Below, piece by piece: positions 11,038-20,488 of a DNA stretch of 64,000 nt; position 1 is the stretch's first letter, and every line of letters begins with the position of its first letter. The notes beneath the pieces were generated by a model that had not been told where the DNA came from, did no database searches, and worked only from the letters and a program-made list of their open reading frames with translations. The position numbers were made by a program, and so were the translations under genes. The stretch comes from an uncultured Chthonomonadaceae bacterium (lineage in GTDB: Bacteria; Armatimonadota; Chthonomonadetes; Chthonomonadales; Chthonomonadaceae), in NCBI GenBank assembly GCA_963835065.1, contig CAWIEK010000002.1:1-64000 (forward strand), in the 5' to 3' direction.

Positions 11038-12560
11038 ACGTTTTTGCGCTGCAAGCAGGCGGCGAAAAAGGCGTCCAGGCCGTGCCGGTGCGGCCAGGTG
11101 CGCAGGAACAGGCCGCTTGCCAATGACTCGTAATCGGCGGGCGCGCGTTCCGGTTCGGCTGTCGTTGTCGCGGAAGCGCCTACCTCGGATTGCGCCTGCT
11201 GTTCCTGTTCCTGCCGGTCGGCGAGTTTCTTTTGCGCTTTTTCGGTGCGCAGGAAGGGCGGGGTTCGCGCCAGCGTGTCGGCTCGCTCACAGGCGGCCTG
11301 CAAACGGGGCACGGCGGGCGCGACTTCATACTGTTGTCCCAACTCCGTTGCCAGAAAAGCGTTGACAATATCCTCGTTCTGTTCGCGCTCGAAGGCGCAT
11401 GTCACGTAAAACAGCATCCCGCCGGGACGAACGAGGGTAGCCGCCTGCTGAATTAAATTGGCCTGCAAGCCGGTCATGTGCGCTAAATCGAACTCGCGCC
11501 ACTTGGCATCGGGACTGCGCCGCAAAACGCCGCTTCCCGTACAGGGCGCGTCTACCAGAACCGCGTCCGCGACATTGCGCCACTGATTGATTTTGCGCCG
11601 CTTGCTGACGGTGGGCTGCCACTCGCCCGCGCTGTCCGCGTCAATCTGAATCGGTTCCACGCAGGTTACGCCCGCCCGCTCCGCCCGCTTTTGCAGTTCG
11701 TCCAATCGGTACTGGCTGGTGTCAATGGCGAAAATCGCGCCCTTGTTTTCCATCAGGGCCGCAAGCGCCAATGTTTTGCCGCCCGCGCCCGCGCCCACTT
11801 CCGCAATGCCCTGCCCCGGCTGCGCGTCTACGAGCAGGGACACCAGTTGGCTGGCTTCTTCCTGCACCTCGAACCAGCCCGTGCGATAGCCCGGCAGTTC
11901 AAAGATATTGACCCGGCGCGACAGTTCCAAGCCCCAGGGCGAATACCGCGTCGGGGTGGGATCGGGCAAGGACTTCCGTAAATGCGCCCAACTGACCCGC
12001 AGAGGATTAACGCGCAATGTCGTCGGAGCCTGCCGATTAAACGCCCGCGCCGCGTCCAGCGCTTCCGCCCCCAACAATCCTTCCAATGCCGCCGCCATCT
12101 CATCAGGAAACGAAAGCGTCACCCGCAGATACTCGCGGGGCTGATCAAGAGTAGGAAGGGTGTCGGGTGTTGGGTGTTGGGTGTTGGGTTCTTCTGTTCC
12201 CTGTTCCCTGTTCCCTGTTCCCTCCTCCGTCTTCTCTTCTTCTCTTCTTCTCTTCTTCTCTTCTTCCTCTTCCTCTGCCCACAGCCGCACGACATTCTCC
12301 GGCGTGGGTTCCTGGCCCCGCGCATTCAGCAGGTACACTTGCCGCCGCCAGAAGCGCGCGCAGCCATACACGGCTTCGGCGATCCAGCGCCGTTCGCCGG
12401 AATTGAGATACTTGCGCGTCCGAAATTCGCCCGACACGATACGGTCAAGCGGAATGTTCTTCTCATCGTTTTCCCAGAGCGTAAATAGCTCAATAGCCGC
12501 CCGCAGCGCGCGTTCGCTCACGCCCCGCTCCGGCTTCGGTTCCTTCTGTTCACTGTCCAC
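11034..12560 (-). CDS. RsmB/NOP2-family RNA m5C methyltransferase with in-frame repeat insert
   Basis: LRVNPL, VQEEASQ, AGAGGKT, VDAPCTGSG..RR.PD, YVTC and ENE. GTG start after GGAG. Confidence 0.9.
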   Translation of the reverse strand: MDSEQKEPKPERGVSERALRAAIELFTLWENDEKNIPLDRIVSGEFRTRKYLNSGERRWIAEAVYGCARFWRRQVYLLNARGQEPTPENVVRLWAEEEEEEKKRRREEEKTEEGTGNREQGTEEPNTQHPTPDTLPTLDQPREYLRVTLSFPDEMAAALEGLLGAEALDAARAFNRQAPTTLRVNPLRVSWAHLRKSLPDPTPTRYSPWGLELSRRVNIFELPGYRTGWFEVQEEASQLVSLLVDAQPGQGIAEVGAGAGGKTLALAALMENKGAIFAIDTSQYRLDELQKRAERAGVTCVEPIQIDADSAGEWQPTVSKRRKINQWRNVADAVLVDAPCTGSGVLRRSPDAKWREFDLAHMTGLQANLIQQAATLVRPGGMLFYVTCAFEREQNEDIVNAFLATELGQQYEVAPAVPRLQAACERADTLARTPPFLRTEKAQKKLADRQEQEQQAQSEVGASATTTAEPERAPADYESLASGLFLRTWPHRHGLDAFFAACLQRKNV

Positions 12561-12763
12561 AATGATGCTCCAATCCTGTATTAAACCGCGAAACGCGCGA
12601 ATCAAACGAAAAAAGAACAAAAAACAAACTGCAAACCACGGAGGGCGCGGAGGACACGGATACACGCGGATAAAATCATCAGCCGGTCAAATCTTCTTGT
12701 TCGTAATCCTGTTTAATCCTTCACTACCCTACAGAAAATAGGGGGAGTGTCGCATGAGGCGCT

Positions 12764-12838
12764 GTTTCGACCCTTCCGGGCATAAATTCTCGAAAGATAC
12801 AGGTTCAGTATAGCCAGAGCGATTCCCTATTGTCAAGG
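12764..12838 (-). promoter_or_regulatory. Repeat unit copy 1: sigma70 promoter + 33-nt hairpin unit
   Basis: Minus strand TTGACA-N18-TATACT followed by CTTTCGAGAATTTATGCCCGGAAGGGTCGAAAC. About 80% identical to 16025-16098. Confidence 0.75.
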
Positions 12839-12843
12839 CGTTA

Positions 12844-13049
12844 GTGTCCGGGAGAAAAACTGCGCGAGGCAGTGACCAGGCTTCGCAGCGCCGCGACAAC
12901 CAAAGACGACGCGCCTCTCGTCCTAATCGTCACCGAAGACAACGAACTGCCCTTCGAATTGGAACCGCCACAGGGCGTGACCCTCATTCGCAGCACGGCG
13001 TTAAGCATCAAAGATACGCTCTGCCGCGCCCTCATAACGAATTCTTGAC
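12844..13049 (+). pseudogene. Possible 3' gene fragment lacking a start
   Basis: Open frame PGEKLREAVTRLR..PLVLIVTEDNELPFELEPPQGVTLIRS..TNS* with coding-like codons, beginning right at the repeat unit. Confidence 0.4.
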
Positions 13050-13073
13050 AGGGCGTGGAAGATACGGTAGCAT
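13045..13073 (+). promoter_or_regulatory. sigma70-type promoter
   Basis: TTGACA-N17-TAGCAT upstream of 13142. Confidence 0.55.
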
Positions 13074-13141
13074 GGTAAGCGAAGATAGAGGCGGCAAATC
13101 TCTTCCTTACCCACTTCCCGCCTTGAGAAGAAAACAATCCA

Positions 13142-13771
13142 ATGGCCTATTCTACGTTTACCCTGAACCAGATAACCCGGCAATTCAGCATCCGTATAGA
13201 CGAAAAGAGCAACCTGTTCGGCAGCGTGCCGGAGGCGGGTTTGCGCCCGGAATTTCGCGCCCAACTGCATGAACTGGCTCCGCTTGCCCTCGCCGTCGGC
13301 ACGGAGAAAGCGCGTTCGGAACTGATTATCGCGCCGGTTCTGCTGGAATTGTGGCGCATGACCGGGCAGCAGATCGGCTTCTTTTCCGGCATCGCCTTCG
13401 ATGTGGACAAATTGCAGGGATTGGACGGTATTTGTGACTACATTCTCACCCGTACCCCGCGCCAACTGTATGTCGAGGCTCCGATTATCATGCTGGTGGA
13501 AGCCAAAAACGAGGACATGAAAAGCGGCTACGGGCAATGCCTTGCCGAAATGTTGGCGGCGCAACGCTTCAACGCCGCGCAAACACAGAGCGATGATACC
13601 GTCTATGGCGCGGTAACAACCGGAGACCGCTGGAAGTTTCTGGAACTGGCAGGCACAACAGCGCGGATAGACTCGGAAGACTACTATCTGGAATCTCTCA
13701 GCAAAATCATGGGTATTCTGCTGCATCTCCTCGGCAACCATTCTCTGACGGAGAGCGCAGCAAGGGTGTAG
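13142..13771 (+). CDS. Putative PD-(D/E)xK nuclease-fold protein (HsdR-N-like)
   Basis: TEKARSELIIAP.L, G.CDY, VEAK, GQC.AEM.AA and YG.VTTG..W.FL. Confidence 0.7.
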   Translation: MAYSTFTLNQITRQFSIRIDEKSNLFGSVPEAGLRPEFRAQLHELAPLALAVGTEKARSELIIAPVLLELWRMTGQQIGFFSGIAFDVDKLQGLDGICDYILTRTPRQLYVEAPIIMLVEAKNEDMKSGYGQCLAEMLAAQRFNAAQTQSDDTVYGAVTTGDRWKFLELAGTTARIDSEDYYLESLSKIMGILLHLLGNHSLTESAARV

Positions 13772-13812
13772 AGAGTAGGTATAGTGCGAAAGACAAGCGG
13801 CGTAGTAGTCCA

Positions 13813-13966
13813 TCAAGGTAGAATACAAGATATGTTGTAGGGGTTCTGCTTGCTGAACCCTCCTCAAACGAGACCTCCTCAAACGAGACCTCCTCAAACG
13901 AGACCTCCTCAAACGAGGGCGCAGCAAGCAAGCGCCCCTACAACATATCCTTGTATTCTACCTTGA
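13813..13966. repeat. REPIN-like element with internal 15-bp tandem x4
   Basis: ~31-bp IR (TCAAGGTAGAATACAAGATATGTTGTAGGGG and its complement), GTAG-type REP hairpins, and (CCTCCTCAAACGAGA)x4 at 13859-13917. Confidence 0.85.
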
Positions 13967-13989
13967 CGGTGTTAGGGTTGTTGAAATGC

Positions 13990-14134
13990 CGTCTACTACT
14001 CGCTTTCAGTTTCTCGTTCAAGAATGTGGTCAATGTCTCTGGCTCCGTGCAGCGCCCGTATGATTTCGATGCCTGTCGGATTCGTTGAAATCAAGTTTGG
14101 CCTGTGGCAGCATTTTTATGCGTTTAGTTGCCAC
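13990..14134 (-). pseudogene. parE: ParE/RelE toxin remnant (internal deletion)
   Basis: N-terminus MATKRIKMLPQAKLDFNE is joined out of frame to the C-terminal GIEIIRALHGARDIDHIL. Confidence 0.7.
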
Positions 14135-14340
14135 TGTTGGCTTCCTTTTGGATGCGTTCGATCAGTTCCGCGCATCTGCTGAATCGTCTCGGCTGTCAAT
14201 TCAATAGGCTCCCCGCTATCAAGTCCCTCCAACAGCAGTGTTTCTAACCGCTCCTCCGTTCGCCGCTTCTGGTCTTCCCGAATCAAGCCAGAAACGAACT
14301 TACTGGTATCGCGGTAGCCATCCTCATTGAGTTGGTCATC
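14116..14340 (-). pseudogene. parD: ParD-family antitoxin remnant, 5' end lost
   Basis: GY...S..V..LIREDQKR..EERLETLLLEGLDSGEP. Its N-terminus is replaced by the end of the UDG-like gene. Confidence 0.7.
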
Positions 14341-14341
14341 A

Positions 14342-14989
14342 TTAGGAGTTAGCATCTATATACGCCTTCGCTTTAGCCCATTCCAGCGGTATAGCATGCC
14401 ATTTTTCTGGATATGATGCGCGGACTCTAGACGCGGGATGGTAGGAACATATTATCTCATAGCCGAGATTATCAAGCAACGGTTTAGCGCGTTTTGCCTG
14501 ATTTCCAACGAGTACAATTACTTTTAGATCAGGTAACAGTTTGACCAGTTCACCTACGTGTCCAGTACCTTCACGCCGTTCAGCAGACGTTACCTTGATT
14601 GTTCCATTCCACCATGGGATCACGTTCCAAATGACGGTCTGCTTTCTTGGCAGTTCGGCCTGCCGCATGAAATTCCAAGTGGCTTCAGCAGTAGGATCAT
14701 CGTTATTACGGCTGATAAACCCTGAGCCGACCTTTACGCCGGAACGGTTAGCATCCGTCATTGGACCGGGCTTTTCTAGCAGGAATAAAACTTGCGCTTT
14801 AACACCCCCATCTAAAGGATCAAAATGAGGTATTTCTACGTTAGGACGCAGCAAGCGCATCTGCCTTACGCAGCCTGTCAGCGGCGCAATATGAGCATCT
14901 TCCAGCATGGCAATCCGCCGTTCTCGAACATCTTCATAACGCAAAGAGTGGAGATCATCATCGGGATAGGTAGAGGCTTCTGTGATCAT
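14342..14989 (-). CDS. Uracil-DNA glycosylase-like family protein
   Basis: P.FDP.DGG..A.VLFLLEKPGP, WNVIPWW, IVLVG and HPA. Confidence 0.8.
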   Translation of the reverse strand: MITEASTYPDDDLHSLRYEDVRERRIAMLEDAHIAPLTGCVRQMRLLRPNVEIPHFDPLDGGVKAQVLFLLEKPGPMTDANRSGVKVGSGFISRNNDDPTAEATWNFMRQAELPRKQTVIWNVIPWWNGTIKVTSAERREGTGHVGELVKLLPDLKVIVLVGNQAKRAKPLLDNLGYEIICSYHPASRVRASYPEKWHAIPLEWAKAKAYIDANS

Positions 14990-15076
14990 CTTCAAAGTAA
15001 ACCTTTCTCACGGTCAGGAGTCGCGGAACGTTCAATGGATGGTAGTTCAACAAAAGTATGTAAAATCCTGCCATAA

Positions 15077-15492
15077 TCAGGGTTCCTCTGGCCCATTTAA
15101 TGCCTTGCGCATCCATGCCGTTAGTTCCTCCTTGCTCATTTTGCCTGCGGCAACCTCCATTGTGACTTTTTCCAGTTCTTCCTGCGGAGGCAACTGCTCT
15201 ATGTCTACGCCGTTTTGATCCAGAAATACGAGGGCGGACAGAACGCCCGCGCGTTTGTTGCCGTCTGCAAAGGCGTGGTTGGCGGTGATGTGAAAGAGAT
15301 ACGCGGCGGCTTTTGCGGCCAGTCCGGGATGCAGCACAACGCCGCCCCATTGCTGCTGCGGCATGGCAACCGCCGACTCCAGCAATCCCATGTCGCGTAT
15401 TCCTGCCAGTCCGCCTTCCTTTTGTATGGTGTCGGCATGAATGGCAATCACGATGCTGTATCGAGAAAACGAATGGCGTGTTCGTCCGGCAT
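15077..15492 (-). CDS. doc: Doc/Fic toxin (frameshift near 15458, probably a sequencing error)
   Basis: G.RD.GLLESA..P and Fic motif HAFADGNKR. Likely true start MPDEHAIRFLD. Confidence 0.85.
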
Positions 15493-15515
15493 GTTCTGCT
15501 CGTCTCCCTGCACCT

Positions 15516-15743
15516 TCATTTGGCAAGGTTTTCAAGCATCTGCTTGTAGCGAGGCCGTAAGCGGTTCAGCGAGGCCGTGACTTCTTCGGGCGCAATCTCC
15601 CGGTTGACGGGCGTGACAATCAGCGAACCGTTGCTGACGCTAACCTGTAGCGGCGTGTCGGCGTCTATGTTCAGCATCTCCATAATCGTCTTATCCAACA
15701 CCAACGCCTGACTGTCCCCATGCTTTTGCAATGTTTTTATCAT
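15516..15743 (-). CDS. AbrB/MazE-family antitoxin
   Basis: KTLQKHGDSQALVLDK..L.I..DTPL..S...LIVTP; directly upstream of doc. Confidence 0.85.
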   Translation of the reverse strand: MIKTLQKHGDSQALVLDKTIMEMLNIDADTPLQVSVSNGSLIVTPVNREIAPEEVTASLNRLRPRYKQMLENLAK

Positions 15744-16024
15744 CGGGTTTCCCTCCGGTTCCTTTGCTTCTTAATCAACGTTTGGCAGGGTAGGAGACAA
15801 ATGATTCTCTTTCCTCTTCCAGCAAAGCGTCCCAATCCTCTATCTTCAGGTCAGGAAAAGACAGCGCCTGTATGCCATCCTCGTCAACGATCTGGAAATG
15901 AGCAGACTGCTCGCCGGAAGTATCAGGGGCAGAGGTAACTATCCCTTCCTTTGGTTTATTGAAGGCAGGCCCATTCGATTGTGTTAGGGTTGAAGCGGGT
16001 TGAATACCCTCAAAGAGAGCCATC

Positions 16025-16098
16025 GTTTCGATCCTCATGGGCATAAACACACGAAAGCTATAGGTTCAGTATAGCCAGCGGATTTCCTGTTGTCAAGG
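16025..16098 (-). promoter_or_regulatory. Repeat unit copy 2: sigma70 promoter + 33-nt hairpin unit
   Basis: Minus strand TTGACA-N17-TATACT followed by CTTTCGTGTGTTTATGCCCATGAGGATCGAAAC. Confidence 0.75.
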
Positions 16099-16260
16099 AT
16101 TTCACCGCGAAAGTCAGAGCCGGCACATCTAAAATGCGCAACTCCTGTCCCGTCGTGGTAAATTCGCCACCAGTCTGCGCCTGCTCCTTCCCCATGATTG
16201 CCAAAGCCAGAAAGAATACGCAAAAAAGTGAAAACAATCTGGTGAAAAAGCAGTAAAATA

Positions 16261-16288
16261 TGAACCTTCTCTGCGTTTGCGTCGTCTA
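16261..16288 (+). promoter_or_regulatory. ECF sigma-type promoter
   Basis: TGAACC-N16-CGTCTA, matching the AAC/CGT ECF consensus (B. subtilis SigW/SigM/SigX type). Confidence 0.7.
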
Positions 16289-16370
16289 AAATGTATACAT
16301 ACGTCTACTAATCAGCCAGGTGGCGGGACGTTGAGAGTTAGGAGTTCCTAACAACCTGACAATCTAACCC

Positions 16371-16535
16371 GGAAGGGAGGTGCTGGAAGATGCCTGTACC
16401 CTCTCCCCGTTCGCCCTGACGCTTACGAGGCCGCGACGCCTCTCTCCTACAACCAGACACAACGAGACATCGGGCTGGAAGCGCTGCATTGCCAAGATTT
16501 CGACGATGACTCTACATATTTCTTTTCCTTTTTAG
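16371..16535 (+). ncRNA. Candidate structured RNA/leader, copy 1
   Basis: 114-nt core (16407-16520) has 6 mismatches to 40776-40889. SD plus micro-ORF MPVPSPRSP*, hairpins and a pyrimidine tail. Confidence 0.55.
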
Positions 16536-16657
16536 ACCGCCTCTGCCCTGAAAGTGTGGCAGCAGTGCGCCGTATGCGGTAAGATGAAAATAGCAACATC
16601 GGCGGGAACAGAGCGTCACAAGGCAGTGACATGGGCGATGAGGAGCAAAGCGGAATT

Positions 16658-19600
16658 ATGCCAGTTCGTAAGCAGGGAAAAGTTCTGATGTTTCTGATGG
16701 GCGCGACGCTTGCCGGAATGATGGGAAGCGGCGCGGCGCAAAATGCCGTTCGGAAACCGGAACTCAATTCAAAACAAAGCGTGGCTACTGTTCGCGGCGT
16801 GGATTACAACCGCGATGTGCGGCCTATTTTGTCGCAGCATTGTTTCAAGTGTCACGGGCCGGATGAAGGGCAACGGCAGGCGAAGTTGCGTTTGGATCAG
16901 CGGACAGGCGCACTCGCGCTGTTGAGCAGCAGTCGGCGGGCGGTTGTGCCGGGAAAGCCGGAAGAAAGTACCCTCGTGACGCGCGTTTTCTCGCATGGCG
17001 CGGACATCATGCCGCCCGCGTATGCCAACAAGCCGCTTTCCGACAAAGAAAAAGATACGCTGAAGCAGTGGATTGCGAACGGCGCGGCGTACAGTCCGCA
17101 TTGGGCGTTCGTGCCACCCCACGCCGTTTCCCTGCCCCGCGTCAAGAACACCGCATGGCCGCGCAATCCGATTGACTATTTCGTTCTTGCCCGTTTGGAA
17201 CAGCAGGGTTTGAAACCCTCCCCGCCCGCTGACCGCTACACGCTTGTTCGCCGCGTGTATCTGGACCTCATCGGCCTGCCGCCCACGCCCGCAGAAGCCG
17301 ACGCTTTCCTGAAAGACACGCTCTCCGAACGCTTACGAAAAACTGGTAGACCGATTGCTTGCCAGTCCGCATTATGGCGAAAAGTGGGCGCGGAAGTGGC
17401 TGGATCGTGGCCCGCTACGCCGATACAAACGGCTACGAGAAAGATCGTCCGCGCTCCGTATGGCCGTACCGGGATTGGGTTATCAACGCCCTGAACCATG
17501 ACATGCCGTTCAATCAGTTCACGATTGAGCAGATCGCGGGCGACATGCTGCCCAACGCCACCCTCGACCAGAAAATCGCAACCGGCTTTCACCGCAACAC
17601 GATGCTCAACGAGGAGGGCGGCATTGACCCCCTCGAATACCGCTTTTACTCCCTTGTTGACCGCACAGCCACAACCGGAACCGCGTGGCTCGGCCTGACG
17701 GTGGGCTGCGCCCAGTGCCACACCCACAAGTTCGACCCGATCACGCAAAAAGAGTATTACCGCTTCATGGCGTGTCTGGACAACACGGAAGAGCCGACGC
17801 ATGGACGTGACCACGCCGGACATAACGGCCAAACGCAACGCAATCGAAGCGCAGGCGCAGGCGCGAACCGCGAAACTGGCCGAACAGTTCCCGCCCGAAA
17901 GCGATGTGCAATGGTCTGCCGCGCCCACTTCCACAATCACAACCGCGTCCGGCGCAACCGGAGAACGGCTGCCGGACAATTCGCTGCGCTTGTCGGGCAT
18001 AAACCCGGATACGGACACCTACACGGTCACGCTGGACAGCAACCAGTCGGAAGTCAGTCAGGTAAAACTGGAAGTTCTGCCCGATGCTTCGCTTGGCAAT
18101 GGCGGGCCGGGACGAACGCCGCACGGCAATTTTGTTCTGACGGAATTCAGCGCGAACGTTGCGCCCAAAGAGGCTCCTGACAAAACCGTTCCGGTGAAAT
18201 TTGTTCGCGCGGCTGCCGATTTCGCGCAGGACGGCTTTCCCGCCCAAAACGCGATTGACGGCGACAGTCATACGGGTTGGGCGATTGCAGGGCAGGGCAA
18301 TTGGAACGTAGCGCGAACCGCCACCTTCACGCTCGACAAGCCCCTGCATTTCGCAAAAGGCGGCAAATGGACGTTCCGCCTGGAACAAAACTACGGCGGG
18401 CATCACACGATTGGACGCTTCCGGCTCAGTTTGGGACATGACACAGCGGATTCGCGCCCGCTGGAACTCCGGCGGCGCGAACATCTGGATAAGAAGTTTG
18501 GCGCGTGGCTGAATCAGACGCAGGCCAATGCCGTTCACTGGCGCGTCCTGCGTCCCATCAAGGCCACGAGCAACCTGCCCCTGCTGACGGTGCAGGACGA
18601 CAATTCCATCTTCGTCAGCGGCGACATGACCAAGCGCGACGTGTACGACCTTGACTTCCGCAATCCTGTCAACGCGCCCATCACCGCCATCCGGCTGGAA
18701 GTTCTGCCGGATGAGCGCCTGCCGCAGCATGGGCCGGGGCGCGTGTTTTACGAGGGCGGCGCGGGTGATTTCTTCCTGAGCGAACTGACCGCAAGCGCCA
18801 ACGGCAAAGCCGGTTTCGTTCCGCGACGCCACGCAAAACGGCGGCAATGCGGCGCAATCCGCGATTGACGGCGAACCCCTGACGGGCTGGAGCATCGGCG
18901 GACGGCAGGGCGAGCCAACGGTTGCTGTTTTCCGCCTGTCTTCCCCGCTCAACGCAAGCGCGTTTTCCCTCCGCATGGTGTTTGAGCGCTACTTTGCCGC
19001 CGCTTTGGGCCGCTTCCGCATTTCCGTCACGTCTGACACGCCGCCTAACCTGCAAGCCCTGCCGCCCGAAGTGGAATCCGCCCTGCTCCTCTCCACTCCG
19101 CAACGCCCGCCTGCGCAACAGACAACATTACGCAATTACTTCTTGTCCATCGCGCCGGAATTGCAGCCGGAGCGCGAAGCAAATCGCCCAACTGCGCCGA
19201 ACCATGCCCGCGTATCCCACCGCGCTTGTCTTTGCCGAACGCCCGACGAACAATCCGCGCGTTACGACGGTGCATCACCGGGGCGAGTACCTGCAGCCCA
19301 AAGAAGCCGTGACGCCCGGCGTACCCGCGATTCTCCCCTCCCTCCCTGCCAACGCGCCCGCCAACCGCCTGACGTTCGCCAAGTGGATCGCCTCGCCCGA
19401 AAACCCGCTCACCGCCCGCGTCGTCGTCAACCGCCAATGGGCCGCCCTGTTCGGCAAAGGTCTGGTCAAAAGCGTAGACGATTTCGGCTATCAGGGCGAC
19501 CCGCCCACGCACCCGGAATTGCTGGACTGGCTGGCGAACCGCTTCGCTGCAAAGGATGAAGGCGGAAGGATGAAGGATGAAGCCAATCCTCATTCATCCT

Positions 19601-20358
19601 TCATCCTTCATCCTTCATCCTTTTCTTGTGGCTGGCGTCTGAAAGCGCTGCACCGCCTTCTCGTGACGAGCGCGACGTATCGGCAATCTTCGCAGCTGAC
19701 GCCCGACTTGATGCAGCGCGACCCGGAAAACAAATGGCTGGCGCGGAGTTCGCGCGTTCGCCTGGACGCGGAACTGGTGCGCGATTGCGTTTTGACGGCG
19801 AGCGGGCTGCTTTCGCCCAAAATCGGCGGACCGAGCGTGTTTCCGCCGCAGCCGCCCGGCGTTACGTCTGAGGGCACGTATGGCCCACTCGCATGGAACG
19901 TCAGCATGGGCGAGGATCGGTATCGGCGCGGCCTGTACACGTTCAGCAAGCGCACCGCCCCGTATGCCATGTTCACGACGTTCGACGCTCCGAGCGGCGA
20001 AGCGTGTGTCGCCCGACGCGAAGTTTCCAACACGCCCCTGCAAGCCCTCACGCTGCTCAACGATCAGGTTTTTGTGGAAGCGGCGCAGGCGTTGGGCAAA
20101 CAAATGGCCGCGCAGCCGGGAACCGAAACCGAGCGCATAACCCTGCTGTTCCGACGCTGCCTGACGCGCCCGCCCACAACTGAAGAAACCAATCTGCTGC
20201 TCAAGTTCATCAATGCGCAGAAGGAACGGCTTGCAAAGAAAGAACTGGATGCGGCTAGGATTGCCGGGCCGGGTGACGGTGACATAAACGCCCGCGCCGC
20301 CTGGACGTTACTTGCCCGCTCTCTCCTGAACCTGGATGAGACGATTACGAAGCATTAG
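16658..20358 (+). CDS. Planctomycete cytochrome c + DUF1549 (PSCyt2) + DUF1553 (PSD1) protein; several frameshifts
   Basis: [67 protein letters not shown] and NTPLQAL.LLN, spread over frames. Confidence 0.9.
19552..19622. repeat. In-frame heptamer inverted repeat inside the DUF1553 domain
   Basis: (GGATGAA)n ... (TTCATCC)n encodes [24 protein letters not shown]. Confidence 0.85.
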
Positions 20359-20488
20359 CTTTAAAGCAGAGCCTTCATGTTCATGTTGCATGACGTTAGT
20401 TGTCCTCTGGTACTGGCGGCAGCGTTGCTGATGGCGTTTGCAGCGGGTTTTTAGGGGGCGGACGAGCCGTTGGCGGAAGCTGTGTAAA

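Noticed and set aside
12764..12796. Hammerhead ribozyme
   Set aside because: Has a stem plus CGAAAC but lacks the CUGANGA core in both copies.
13859..13917. CRISPR array
   Set aside because: Contiguous 15-mers with no spacers and no cas genes.
15775..16050. Small ORF upstream of abrB
   Set aside because: It starts within the promoter/repeat unit, has no convincing SD-start pair and no recognisable motif.
12840..16370. Integron cassette array
   Set aside because: A few GTTAGG/CCTAAC motifs occur, but there is no consistent attC pairing at gene ends and no integrase.
16417..16419. Selenocysteine UGA in the micro-ORF
   Set aside because: A hairpin follows, but the readthrough product has no redox motif or selenoprotein resemblance.
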